DNA of 64,000 bases from Rhynchobatus australiae (GCA_034780895.1 JAUZTB010000069.1:5916830-5980829), one strand, 5' to 3'; positions 36,993 to 50,639 are shown, numbered from the stretch's first letter. Notes: generated by a model not told the origin, from the sequence alone. A program made the numbers and translations.

Positions 36993-39282
36993 CTGTGAAT
37001 CAGTGGGGATATAAACCAGTGGGCTGTGTAAGTGATTTTATATCAACCATTTGACACACTTTATAAATCTTAATGGAATGAACACATAAAATACTCTCTT
37101 AAGCCCTCTGAAACTCTGAGCTTTTCTGCAGCATTCTAAGAGAAGATTGAATACAGAGCAGATTTCTGGACCACCAGCTGAACAAAATAATGATAAAATG
37201 CATCTGATATGAACACAGTATTCTTAAAAACAGTGGTGGTGTAGAATTTGGTTACACTTAAAAAGCTCTTTTATCTAATATGGTCACCAAATAGTACCAG
37301 AAAGTTACAGAACAGTTACAGCATTCTAGTTATTTCGAACACAAAACTACATGACTTTTAGATCAGATTGTTTGCAATCATGTTTTGATATTAGTTTTAT
37401 AATTGTGGTGATATCAATTCCTCAAAGCACACTGTGTACTGAGGCAGAACCAGTTATTAGGTAACAAGGCCAACTTTGATGGATGGCACTGAAATACATA
37501 ACTTGATATATACAAGGCTTACTGAGATCCAACTTGAAATGCTTATTTGCTTTTATCTTTGACAAATTCAATAAAACTTTATGGGAACAAAAATAATGGT
37601 CTTGATAGGGTATGGTATGTTATTAGAATGGGGGTGAAATTGCCAGCAAAGATTCATGGTGTGGAAGAAGATTTACTGTTATATGGCAATATTCTACATG
37701 AAGTAACAGTGCATAACTCAGGATGATATTGAATGTTTTTAAATGTGTAACTGTGCATAATAAACTCAGTACAGCAGTGCTGGGTAACAATATCAAGCAC
37801 CATACAAATCAAAGTTCAAAAGACTAAGTGGGTGAGAAAATTTCACGACATTATAATTAGTAAGCTCTCGTTAAGTGGCTATCTTTAAAAAATAAAATAA
37901 ACCTTTCAATGCTGTGTTAATTCTAACAATGTTGTTAAACCTATAAATCTAATTACTAGGGAATAAAAAAAACATTGAGAAAATGTCCCAGTAATCATCC
38001 CTTGTCTTTATGATAAGTTGGATGCATTTTCCTGAACTTTCTCGCAAGTAAATGACCCAGAATGATAAATGGTCCGGGCAGTAGCAAAGCAACGCATCTT
38101 CAAACCGATGTTAAGAAACTCAAAGATCTAACTATTTCTACAGAGAGATTTCTGTTTTTTGTTGAGCTGTCAGGCATCAATTCAATGGGATCCCTGCCAT
38201 TAAGCAGCTGTGATGTCATCAACCTGGTTGAGCAGCCAATCAAAGATCTCCCACCTTTATCGCAAAGATAGCAAACCAGGAAGTACTCAAGTTCTTTTGC
38301 AGGGTACTGTATAAAAATGGGAACCTGTGATTTAAAGGTAGGAGTGCCACAATTTATTTGAAATGTTAATTCCCTTGCATTTAAAATCATAAAAGAAAAT
38401 TACTTAGTTCTTTTAAGGGCTAGTTAACTTGCTAAGCAGTTACTATTACATGGCAACACTATTAAAAACTCACTTTGAACACATAACCTAGTACAAGATT
38501 TTTAATTTTGTAACAAGAATATTTTATAAACACCTAAAATTCAGATCAACTCACATGATTCCAGCTTGCTTACAGTGAAATGTAGGTAAGATGGATTATT
38601 GAAAGGAACCCTATGATTCCAATGTTAATCTAAGTTGCTATCAGTTTCAGGGTAAAGTCCAGGTCGTCAGTGAACAGTGTTAGCGTCATTACCATTGTGA
38701 AATTGGTGCTGATTTGGATATCTGGGAAATAGTTTGCATCAAACACCAACATTCAATTATAAAGCATCAGATTGCCTTTAGGAAAGCTTGATGGAGAAAA
38801 TATGTCCACAAAGACATCCATTACATAAATTGCAAGAGAGGCAATAGAAGAAAATGTTTAACAGCTCTTCAATGAATTTGAACATGTGATTGGTTTCCTT
38901 AACTTCAGACCTTCAAATGTGATCAATATGATATAGTTGCCATTTCTGAGTGCACAGTTGGTTGCTACAACAATAAATTAGTGAAGTAATCCCTTTATTC
39001 ATTTGTTTTGGATAAAAGATGGAAACTGGCCAGAACAGAAAGAGAAATCTATACATCTGTCTGAACAGTTCCTTGGATGTTTAACTTCAATTCTATAATG
39101 CAGTTTAACTTATCATTTCAAAATGACCCTGCTACCAATGAGCCCTCTTCTGGTAGTTATTCAGGTATTAAGTCAGATTAAGAGCTAGACACATAGTGGA
39201 AATAGAACCCACAACCTTCCAACACAGAAAATTGAGATCTTGCTATACAATGAACTAAACTGACACAAACAGAAAAGTTTTA

Positions 39283-39502
39283 AAAATCTGCAGATGCCAA
39301 AAATCAGAAATAAAGCAGAAAATGCTGTAAACACTCAGCAGGTCAAGCAGCATCTGAGGAAAGAGAAACAATTAAAACAATACTAATGTCCAGGCTCCTT
39401 CCCAGTTTTGCAAAAGGGACTTCAACGTGAAACATTAACTATTTCTCTTTCTACAGATGCTGTTCAAAGTACAGAGTATTTGCAGCATTTTCTATTTTAT
39501 TT
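39283..39502. mobile_element. Penelope-like terminal repeat, inverted pair
   Basis: aaatgctgtaaacactcagcaggtcaagcagcatctgaggaaagagaaa mirrored by tttctctttctacagatgctg...tgcagcattt. Hammerhead relic cccagtt-ttgcaaa-agggacttcaacgt-gaaa-ca-tt-aacta at 39401-39441. Confidence 0.75.
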
Positions 39503-42500
39503 AAGGAACATATTTTCATGCAAGCCACAGGAATAAAATTTTACACTACACAATTCATTGTTGAACAGAGATATTAGAGGCTGTGATGGCATAAACAATA
39601 AAAGTTCATCTCTGCTGAAAAATTTTCAATATGGCAGGAAGCCAGCTCCCTGAGGAGATTGATACCATAATAAATATCAATCCATTGTTTCAACAAGATT
39701 GGTAATTCACACAGCCAAACAGGTGTACTCAAGCTCATTTTATTACAGACAAAAGAGTCAAAAATAATGAACTACAGTTTGAGTACTGTAATAACCTACT
39801 TGAATAATTGAAAATCCGGTTCATTAAGGAATCTATGCCACGAACGTAAATTGTGGAAGGAAGTCTTATTTTACAACTGCTGGAGGTTGATCTCCTCCTT
39901 TCAGAGTACAGATAAACTCAAAATGTGGTACAGACACCTGGAAAATATACACGTTCATTTCTGCACATATTTAACCATCTGCCTGATCATTGTTGGTCAG
40001 CTCTTTGTTTTAATAAACATTACCAACATGTTACGAGACTTCTATAATAACTCATGGCGCGAAATACCTGGTGATTAGTTCTACAAACTCAAGTGGAGAC
40101 ATAATTTGGTTTCGTATTATTTAAGCAATTTCCACTCCCACTTTACATAAATTAATATCTTGTAGGCATTAAGCACTAAATTAATAAATAGCTTCCCAAC
40201 TCTTCAAAAACCCCCTTTAATAAAGTAAATGTAAATAAAGGACATTAGCATGACAACACACAACATTAAAAATTTGCCATTAAACAACTAGAGGAAAGAC
40301 ATCAATATTTTTATGATTGTAATTTTCATTAAACATGAAAGACAGCATTAATGAACAGGNNNNNNNNNNNNNNNNNNNNNNNNNNNNNNNAAAAGATTAA
40401 AAATAAGCTAATCTCAATAAAAACACTAATTAAAGTCAACAGAATGTGTACATATTAATAAACTGAAGCTGGTGAATACTTTCTACAAGCGGTTATAAAT
40501 CAGATATTTTGAAAGAAATTCTCTCCAAAAAAATTACACGTTTTAAACTTACTGTAATCTGTCAAAGAAAAAATATAAACAATTGTTTCTACTTGACAAA
40601 GCCCCTGAACATTACTATCTAAAAAGGGAATACATCTAAAATTTATTCTATGGTCCAAAAGCTCCAGAAACCACAGAAGCAGTCAATATTGTTAATGTAC
40701 CTTGTTAATTTGATGGGATTTGTCAGGTAACTCCACTGGAAAATTATATAAAACTGTTCCAGATGAACAGATGATAGTGACATGAATTAAACTGATAGAA
40801 CAATACCAGAATATAAACCAGAAATGACACCTAAAGTGGCTGTTGATTTATTGCCATCCTGAGTTTGGTTCTGGGCTTCCATGTATATTAGTGCTACAAA
40901 TCTGGGTCCATTTAGCAGCGAGATGCTCGTACATACATCACTAGCTCCTGCTCCAAGCCAAGGTCATTCCCCATTGCATCAATCTTTTCAGCAAAGGCTA
41001 CTCCGCCACAGCTTGTTTTTACCCATTCGAGCTTGGTAATGTTTTGGGGGTGGGGGGCTGGTAGAGGGGAGAAGAGGGGAAGAAGAAAGAGGATAATGAA
41101 GCGATTTCTACTATTACTTTCTGAATAATTTTAAATTTTAATCTTAAAAGACTGCACAATCAGTGAACAGATTTGAAGCAGCTCTCCTTCACAAGCTTTT
41201 AGTAAAAAAAATAAGTGTACATGAATAGCTAACTCCTCTTCACCTTGCAAAATGTAGTGTGCAACTGAAGATATAAAATGGTGAAAAACTAAGCAATAAT
41301 GGATCTAAATCATTCTGCATCTTAAAGCAGAAATCAGTGAGATGTTTGCTGCTGTAATTCACAATTTCAGCTTGTACTACTATTTCTGTACAGTCAGCAA
41401 CAAAATGGCAAATCCAAAATATTTTTATTTAGATACTCTCAATTTTTGTTAATCACAATTAACACCCATTTTTATGGGAGATAAAAATACTTTGCCTTGC
41501 ACTAATTAAATTTAACTGGTCTACTGGAAGTTTGCCAAATTACATGTTACTTTTTCCTCAGCAAAGTATGAATAGCAGCTTCCAAGTTTTTTTTCCTACC
41601 CATGGAGGTGAGATGTCATCCAAGGTACTTTAGAACTTCAAACAACAGACATGGCCACAGGAATACAAAGCATTATCCGACAAGTGATGGATTCTCCACT
41701 TCCCACAGTTAAATCTAAGATTTTCTCCTTTGTCATACAGGAGAGTAATTTTTTTTAAAATAGAAGGATGGAATAGGAAATACTTAGGAGCAGCTAAAGT
41801 CCAATTTAAAGGAAAAAAACTGTTCTGACCTGCAATATCATCAATATTTTACCACTGCAGTGGTATATTTTTGGTCACAGTGAGGAAACTTAGCAGAAGA
41901 TAATTTTGAAGACAAAAAAATTTAATGAGTCAGAAAAACTGCTCCTGGGAAAAGTCCATCAAGACAATGTTGTGCAGTGGGTTCTTGTCAATTTTGAGAG
42001 AGATGCAAAATTCTATCATGGTGGAGGAATAGGACGTGTGCAGACTACAATAGGACTCTTGCCATTTGTGAACTCCAAGGCTTTATGGCCATAGTTTCCT
42101 ACTTTTGCAAAGACAGCAGAGAAAGCCAGCTGGATTGTGGATTTCAGAGGGATGAATGGGAGTTTTAGGGGGAGGATCAGGTAACAGTGGGAACCAAGGT
42201 TGGACTGGATGTAGAAAGGATCTGGAAAGTGGTTGAGTTGGGGGTGGCTGAGGAATGGATTGGGCCAGTGTTGGTAAATCATAGGGGGATTGGTAGGGGG
42301 AGGGTTGAAGAATGCAGCAATCAAGGAAACCACTTAAAGACCTTCCTGTTAAACAACTAATGCTACAGACCACCTGGCAGCAGCCAAGGTAAGATTTTCC
42401 TTCTTTAATGCAGAAAGTTAACTCAANNNNNNNNNNNNNNNNNNNNNNNNNNNNNNNNNNNNNNNNNNNNNNNNNNNNNNNNNNNNNNNNNNNNNNNNNN

Positions 42501-42869
42501 NNNNNNNNNNNNNNNNNNNNNNNNNNCTTCTTTAATGCAGAAAGTTAACTCAAACCCAGCAGAAGCCTGGTTTCGCATGGTGCTTATGGGTTGCCTATAC
42601 ACAGGACCATTTTGTATGTCAAATCTGAACTGTATATGATATATCACCACACACAATTAGCAGTATCTATGGGACTTTGCATTTTATGCAAGAACCTCCT
42701 GCAAAGTTGAGGTACACAAAGCGCCTGAATGAAGTTAGTATTTGGGTTTCTAACAAACATGCTACGGGATAAAATTTCCAGGCAGTCGTCTTCTTCTGAT
42801 ATAACAAAATCTTGCATTTGAATACTCTGCAATGCTTAAAATATTTAAAAATGTTTCACTCCTTTCAAT

Positions 42870-43170
42870 CTTGTTTTGTAAGGAAACACGGCAGCTAATT
42901 TACACAGAACCAGACTGCACAAAGAACAATGATGTCTTCATGGAGGAATAAACACAATCCATACACCAGGAGAATCCACATTCTTTAAATTGCACATGAT
43001 CCTTTTCTACCGAGAGGACAGATGGGACAGGCTAAGCATTTTATCTGACTAAAACTGCAGCCCAGATAATGCAAATCCACCTTTGCACCATACTGAAATG
43101 CATCTGAGATTGCGCACTCAAATCCTGATGTGGGGCATTAAGCCATGATCTTCTGCTTTGTGAAACTGTA
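42870..43170 (-). mobile_element. Degenerate DeuSINE copy
   Basis: aggaaacacggcagctaatttacacag...caccaggagaa...gagaggacagatggga, colinear with 2258-2641. Confidence 0.6.
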
Positions 43171-45907
43171 GATAGGATTTGCAGTTGTAACTACCCCTTG
43201 TAACTAAATGATTAAATTTACCCAAGAATATCTGCAATTACCAATTATCTGGATTCAGTCTGTAAATTCTCTGCCTCCTGAGGGATATTGTAAATTCTAC
43301 TTCCATTTTAGAGCTACACTCTTTAATCAATGTTAAATGTTATCATCTCGCTTTAGAAGAAAAACAGCACCAAACATTTAAACCACATTAATCTGCAAGT
43401 ATCACTGTTCTGATGTTGTAACTTCAGTTGTTATTGGCAATAGATAGAAATTCCAAATTTACAAGTGGGATATAAGTTTGCCAATATACCGATGGGAGAG
43501 AGGGGTGAAATCTCCCACACTAATGCCATTTAAACAGCAGGCAGCCCAGAAATTGTGCATGTGCACTGTCATTTGCTGAAGTCCCAGACTTACTGACAGA
43601 TTCGAGATGCTGTCAGTTCACTCTACCACTGGGTTCCCCGTGGAGACCAGCCTTGCTGAGATTCTGAGTATCATGCTGGGGGAAAATCACCTTTGAGATC
43701 CTGTGCCAAAGACCCTGCCAATTTCAATGGTGATTGTAAGGCTGTGTTTTGTTGTAGTCTAATTTTAATCAAAATTATGCTTTTAATTAACTATATTTAA
43801 AGTTAAAATGTTTATATTCTCTACTTCAATTTTAGAAGTGTTTATGTCTTTCCGAATGTCAGAAAACATTCAAGATCACACAGATTTTACAGCCAACTAC
43901 AGCATCTCTGCTGGCCGGTAAAGCTTTCAGGAGAGTTGAGGCCCTATCACAAGAGGCACTACTGGTGTCCAGATGTTGCTGTGATCCTTTGGGACATTTG
44001 GATTGGTCTGGATGCAGGGGACCCAAGTATGGGTCTGAAACTACCCTGTGCAGGTGAACCAAGATCCAACCCATGTTTTATTTTTTAATTGATATGTTAT
44101 TTTGCTGTAGAAACATTTACTTATTTGAAGTAAAAATGAAAATTAATCTAAAAACAGTCCAGTGAAAGTGATTTTCCTTTACATTAATTTCATTGTGCAC
44201 ATCAACACCTTTCAACAGGAGTCCTCAGATGTTTCCACATTCACCATAGGCAGACTGTACCATCCATAAAGCACAGAATTAAAATATGACTGAAACCTCA
44301 CATTTATAAGCACACTGAAAGGTGCATTAACCCCTGAAAGCTGTACTCACAGGTCAGTCCCATCAGTACTGAACAAGTTGAACCATTCGTTTCACCTAAC
44401 AGCTCCACTCCCCTCCTATCATTTATCTTTAGTGATAAGGAATGACCTTTTCAAGTGCTCTGTTCTGACAGCTTCCAGATGCAGAGGGGCCAAAAAATTC
44501 TCCAAGAAGCAAACTAACAGCAACTAGCAAAGAAAGGTGGGCTTTGCAGAAGGATTGCATGTTTGAACGACACCGTGCAAGATTCTCACCAATACACGGA
44601 AACAAAATATTTCACAGAAGCTAAAAATTCAAGCAGGATATCGTAAATAAAAATAGTCAATAGCATTGAGAGAAGAATATTTAGAAATTTCATCCTTTAG
44701 ACCTACTGTGTTTACGCCAAAGCCACCTTAACATTTCCTTTTATCCCTTTAATTATTATTTTCAAATTTCATCTTATATGTGGTTAATATGGCAAATTGC
44801 TTTGATTTAACAAGCACTTATGGTAATGCATTTCATATTCCAATGTTACTAGGTATGACGTCCATGACACTGAATAAACAAAAATCAAATTTATATAGAA
44901 TCAACAATTTGTTGATTGATCAGCTAAGGCTGCCAAACATAACTGCAAGTTGGGTATTTTATAATTATATCAATTTCAGGATGAAGAACTGAAGAGGTAA
45001 GCATTAAGTGTTTTCTCTTATGTTAAATTTGAAGGAACTGAGTTAAGATTATGAGATGTACAAAGCTCTTTATTAATAACATGTAGCAATATTGCCTTCA
45101 AAGATATTGATTTCTAATTTGTAATACAATAATATCTGACCACAGAGATTGTTGCCATTCTTACTACTTGAGCAAATTGTGGGAAATATCATACAAGGGT
45201 GGATCAGAAATTTCTGCGGCATCAAAAGAGTTAAGGCACTCTACTTGCTCAGATCAAAGCAAAATTTCTTGATTAGAACATTGTGGCAACTTAACTCTGC
45301 ATAAGAGAGCTTCAGATGGCTATTAAAGTAAAGGTACTTATTTGTGTTTATATTCATTTAAATTCAATTAGCCCTTATGGGGTTTATTGTTAATCTACAA
45401 GTTGAATGTTAACTCTAATTCTGTTCAAAGGCCTTTCACTGGTTTGTTTCTCTGTATTCAACTGCAGAACATCAATTTTGATGAAATAAAAGTATTTGCA
45501 AAATAAGATCTTACTCTATCCTAGTAAAATATTTTAGACCTGACTGGAGAAAGGACACCAGAAAGCAGTTTATATGGGGCAAAGAATATACCATACGTAT
45601 AAGTTCCTATTAACACATCAGTTTAGTTATATGTTAAAATATTATGGCAGCCTTTCTTCGGAAACATCTAATACTTTCTGCAGCAATTTGAATAATTAGT
45701 TTCTTTGTGTTCCATTACAATTAATGTAATTGGTGCCTACAATATTACCAGCCATTACAGAATTATTTTGAAAATGAGCGATTTGAAGGAAAGAGCAATT
45801 TACTTCAGGTAATTATTTTTAAAATCTAATTTTTGCGCTGTTTGAAGTCATTTGGTGAGCATAAAAAGGCTGTTTCTCCCCCCACCCCCCCAAGTAATAA
45901 CAATTAC

Positions 45908-46048
45908 CTAATTGAACATCAGTGGTGAATCGAAGCTTGTGAACGATGCTGACTTTGTAAGATTTGTAGCGTTGACTGCTTAGAATGTCTTGCACAGTTG
46001 TTATATCCAGAGGCGGCTCATCCTCTGAACTCTCTTCTCCTCTTGAAC
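45908..46048 (-). CDS. MAPKAP1: MAPKAP1/SIN1 coding exon (141 nt, phase 1-1), RBD-PH linker and start of the PH domain
   Basis: tcttcaatctgtag|GTTCAAGA...CAATTAG|gtaatt; translates [46 protein letters not shown](G), matching human [35 protein letters not shown]. Confidence 0.97.
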
Positions 46049-46410
46049 CTACAGATTGAAGACAGAAATGTAAGACAATTCATTTGCAAAACAAAAACTG
46101 CCCACTTGCTTAAAATTAAAACTCAATATTTTAAACTATAAGCAATGAGAACTATGCATAAAGGAAAGAATATTGGTTTGGTAAAATATGTGAGTAATAT
46201 CTCATTAATTGTATACTTGAGAAAATAAATTAACATTTCAGATTTGGACTCTTATCAGAAAACATTAGACTTGAGTTCCTGTAGACTTAAGATCTCCAAG
46301 ACACTGATTCTGTTGGTTCCATGGTCACATGTCAAACTTTGCTTTCTTTTTCAGATGGCCAGTGAATTCTCTATATTTCCAATTCTGACTGAGGTACCAC
46401 ACTAGATGTA

Positions 46411-46588
46411 GGGGCAGATTTTCAACCTCCTGCTCAGGTCTGAAATTGGCTTTACAGATCTGCTGCCCATTTCAGAAGTTGCCCAGTTTTCATTTCTTTG
46501 ATTTCAAAACCCAGCAGTTTTGACAACTGACAGTTGACGTGCAAAATTCCAGTTTTGCATCTCAGCAGGTGGTGAACAATCTGCTCCC
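46411..46588. mobile_element. Palindromic MITE-like element
   Basis: Imperfect terminal inverted repeats ggggcagattttcaacctcctgct / agcaggtggtgaacaatctgctccc. It sits among Penelope-like remnants at 46220-46670. Confidence 0.55.
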
Positions 46589-46699
46589 TCGCCAATGCTG
46601 AGTTGCTGAGGCCTTCTGGCATTTTCTTGTTTTGCTTTCAGCTTTCAGGCATCTGCATTTTTTTTTGTTTTGGGGGCAAACAAATCCTTTTAACACAAA

Positions 46700-47050
46700 A
46701 AAAAACTATATTAAAAAGTCTTTATGGAAGATCTTACATAGTTCTTCTGAAGAACATTAATAGCAGGAGTAACCCATTGGGCAAATCCCATATTCTGAGA
46801 ACGTGTCTCCAGCAAGAAGAAACAGCTTCTCATCACATACTCCTTGGATCCATCTCGAACTCATACATCCCAATGAGAGCACCTCTCGTTCTTCTGAGGA
46901 GAGACCCAGCTTCCTCTATTGTTCATGAAAGGATAATCCCTTCATCTTGGGATTCTTGTTTTTAAATATATATACTAAAACAATGCTGTACCAACTTCAA
47001 CTTGAGTACATCTTTACTAGGGTATGGAGGCCAAAATTGAACACAGGTAT
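46700..47050 (-). mobile_element. Degenerate CR1 fragment
   Basis: ctctcgttcttctgaggagagacccagcttc...gatggtatggaggccaaaattgaacaca-like motifs correspond to the CR1 ORF2 3' region in reverse. Confidence 0.5.
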
Positions 47051-49103
47051 AATCTTGTAATTTGGTTTTCCAAACAACACACAATATATTGATCAAACTG
47101 ATTAAGAAATCCATGAACAATCAATGCATAACTGAATGACATGGAAATAGTGTCAAGCAGAAATGAACACCAGTAACACTGTAATCAGAAGAATCTAAGG
47201 AAATTCCATCAGCCCAAAGCAAGGATCAGTGAGAGAAGTTCACTGTTGNNNNNNGTTAAACATGCACTGGAGTACCAGCTGCACTTTGCACTTGGCTTCT
47301 GATTAGGTTCTAATGAAGTCAATGAAACCGAACGTTGTGGGGTGTTTACAACCAGTGGCCAATGCACTCTGCGTGTAGCTCCAGTGATCGAATATGAACC
47401 TTAAGTTACTTCATAGCAGCCTGAGCTCATTTGTAAGATGTTTCCAACAAAATAAATCTCTTCTCTTTGAAGGATTATGTTTTCCAATTACGACCGCTTT
47501 GCTTTGGAACCTCTTAGTTATTGCTGACTTTTTGTTTTAATGCTTCATTCCTTTCTCTTTGCCAGTTATAGAGCTAAAGTTTTTGTTCTTTGCATAATGC
47601 TGCTCATTTTAAATTTTCAAATAGCTTATTTCTGCACTCTCTTAAAGCACTATCTGCTTCGGTACACTTCCATGGGCACATTCCAATTTTAATAACCTTG
47701 CCCAGATGGACAATCTTCACATTCAAGTCTGATTGCAAGTGCTGGAAAGCTGTTTCCCTGTGGAAACATCTTTGCTAAAAATTGATACTCTTCTGGATAT
47801 TCATTTCCAGCAGGAATTTCAAGCAGGTCTGACAGATTTTCCTCATTTGCCTAAGTATGTTGTGAGTGCTGTCGTACCCTTTCTACTTTACAAAAGTGAC
47901 TACTCTTCATTGGCTGTGTGATTTCTGAAGCCACAAAAAGACTCAGACACCAACAGTTGATCAGTGTTGAAACCCAAAACCTTTCTGCTGATTAAAGTCC
48001 AGTAATAAAAATTTGCTCTTCAACTTATACGAAATGCACACCACTAACAGCTATGTGTTGCATACAAATTGCAAAATGTTGTTCCCATGCAGTTCAATGC
48101 AACTGAATTTCAGGAGAGCACAGAATGCAGGCACTAATGTAGTGCATGTTCACAAAGCATGCTTTGAAGGATGAATTTGCAGCCCAGCATCTCTGCACTA
48201 TTGGAATGGCAAATTCTCTTTTGTTTTTACCAAAATGAAAACCTTCTCTTATTTTATTCTGAAAGTGAAGGTTGAAGAATGGAGTTCCTTTCGTGTCAAC
48301 ATCAAGCATTTGCAGGTTAGCTAAATCAGTCAGTTGTACAAGGTAATGTAACATTGTGGCTTCAATCTGATCTCATGCAGACAAACCTTTCTGGCGCCTT
48401 TGTAGGTTCTTCATTTTTCACATCCTTGAGGTCAGAGCAAGAAATGTTACTCATGCTAATTGGAGGCCAGTGTCTGATGCAAATCGTTGGAATTGATGAA
48501 GGATGCTCCAATTACTTGCAAGTTTCCCCATTCCCTTAGTTGTTCCACATCCTGGATTGGATTTAAACCTAACAACAGTAACCTGTATATATGGAGCACC
48601 GCTAATCTAACAAAACCTCAAGCCCTTCCACAAGAGCAAAGGCAATGGAATACCAAGCCACAGGCTTGTTTCGGTGGTTGAAAATGATCCCAGGATGGCA
48701 CCTTGGCTTTCTGGTGCTATAATTAAGATCAGAGCTTCTGTGGGGAAATTCTGCCATTTGGTGATGATGAGATTTTCGTGTAGATGACCAAACAGGAGAG
48801 TTTGGAAGCTTCTCACAGGACAAATGGAATGCAGAGGGGTTACAGAATGAATTACAGAGTTCAGAGGCATAAAGGTGCAGCTACTATGCGTGGAGTGAAT
48901 AAATTGGAGTATGAGCAGCAGCGATATACTAGGAGGAGTGTGGCAATCCCGCTGGACCACCAAGAGATCATATTTAGTTTCTTTGATTATCTAAATTTTC
49001 TTTATTTTCTTTATTTTATTATCCTATTATTCATCTACGTCAACTATCATTACTTTTCCTACATTTTCTAGAAGGCTTTATTTAACCGTAGTCGTGAAGT
49101 CTG

Positions 49104-49260
49104 AAACTAAAACAAATAACGTTGGAAGAACTTGCAAGGCAGCTCTTCGTCCAGAACTGGGAAAGAGAGAGATACAAGCAAGTTTTCCAGGAGGAGGGAA
49201 GGTGTGGGAGGGATGTGTGGAACAAAGGGTGTGTACGTCTTAGGATGAGTCAAAATGGTT
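49104..49260 (-). mobile_element. Penelope-like terminal repeat fragment
   Basis: ctcttcgtccagaactgggaaagagagag matches the arm at 20795-20880; minus strand CCAGUU-CUGGACGA-AGAG is the 5' half of a hammerhead relic. Confidence 0.55.
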
Positions 49261-50281
49261 ATCAGCACTTTAAGCTCGTAGGCCTGTGTAATGTGTTGTT
49301 AATGGTAGGGTGCTGGGACTTGCCCGGCACACGAGACTCTGCATGTTGGATAAGTAAAACAGAAAATAGAAAATAAGAATTCCATTTTCTGGTCAGCACT
49401 CAACTTCACCTGTCTTATGGACTGGTGCATCTACAAGGACCTACAATAGGAAAATCCCAAGAGTCACACCACCACCAAGACTGTAGAAAGGAACCCTGGT
49501 TTAGGTGTCTGATAAAGAAAATATATAATACTCATTTTGCATTTTAACTTGGGCACCAACTCAGTAAATTACTGCTGGCTCTTTCAATTTGACAAGCACT
49601 TTGTGCAGTCAGGTGGTGTAAATGATATTTCAAGTACGCACTTGATACACTTNNNNNNNNNNACATTAAAACAGGCTCTAATTTAACAGTCTCCATTGTG
49701 CTCAACAAATGAAACTGCTTAAAAAGAAACACACTTTTGCATAAGGTTTTCCCAAATGAAAAAAAGTCATAGGTAATCGATCACTTAGTCATCAAGAAAG
49801 CCTACATAACAGGAAGCAAGTTGCTTTCACTCCAAGTGTGACATTTCCTGGCGCTGGGCTGTCGGCTAGAGCAAGTATTAAAAGCCTGCTGTCACTTGCT
49901 GTGAATTATACATTATTTGAATCCCTGGCATTTCATCTATTTTTCACTCTGAAATGAAATCAAGCATATGCTACACTATAGCCGGCAAAGAATGTAAATG
50001 TTAACACCTGTACCGTACATCACGGGAAGAATCACCCTCAAGTATAAAAAAATCCATAACAGTAACTAAATCCATGTTAAACTTGGTATGCAGCTTTCTG
50101 GTACAACAATCACATATCACCTGCATAAATAACATGTTTCCAAAGGTTTAAAACATCTACACTGAACCAATACATTAAACCCTCCATAAAGCAAGATGCT
50201 ACAGCAGAACAGGTATGTAGTACTCAATAAGTTAACTGGCGAACAATAAATTCTACACAAGCTAATCCATACATATCCCAC

Positions 50282-50580
50282 TGTAGTGCAGGGGGTAGCA
50301 CTCCTGCCTCCAAATCAGGGATATCCTCTTGTGGGTATGTTAAACCTTGGACATGAAAGATCCTGCAGCACTATTTCATGTTTCAATCAATAATTCTGTT
50401 AGGCAGCATTACACAAAAGAATTTATCTAATCATCAGGTTTCTGATTGTGGGATCTTTCTGTACAAAAATTGGCCGCTCTGTTTCCAATATCAGAACACC
50501 GATTACACTTCCAAAATTTCTGAATTGACAAGTGCTTTGGGGACATCCAGAGACTCTACACAAATGTATGCTGATTTTTA
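50282..50580 (+). mobile_element. DeuSINE copy
   Basis: Head ggtagcactcctgcctc; core tgtgggatctttctgtacaaaaattggccgctctgtttcc...gattacacttccaaa...gtgctttggggacatcc. Confidence 0.65.
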
Positions 50581-50639
50581 AAATCATTTCACGGTAGTTT
50601 TTCAATTTGGAATGCATATTCCTAGCACAGAAACTGCGT

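Noticed and set aside
38555-38721. Exon-like segment on minus (ttcccag|ATATCC...|gtgagt)
   Set aside because: Stop codons in all three frames and no SIN1 similarity. A poison exon cannot be excluded but is unsupported.
42145-42320. G-rich strand-biased tract, possible G-quadruplex
   Set aside because: G-runs are irregular and widely spaced; it looks like low-complexity interior of an old repeat.
36993-45907. Possible U12-type intron suggested by the weak acceptor
   Set aside because: The donor is gtaatt rather than GTATCC and there is no TCCTTAAC branch point; it is an ordinary U2 intron.
1251-49260. Recurring gatgctgcctgacctgctgag motif as a CRISPR-like array
   Set aside because: Copies are dispersed, diverged and in both orientations in vertebrate DNA, with no spacers or cas genes; they are transposon termini.
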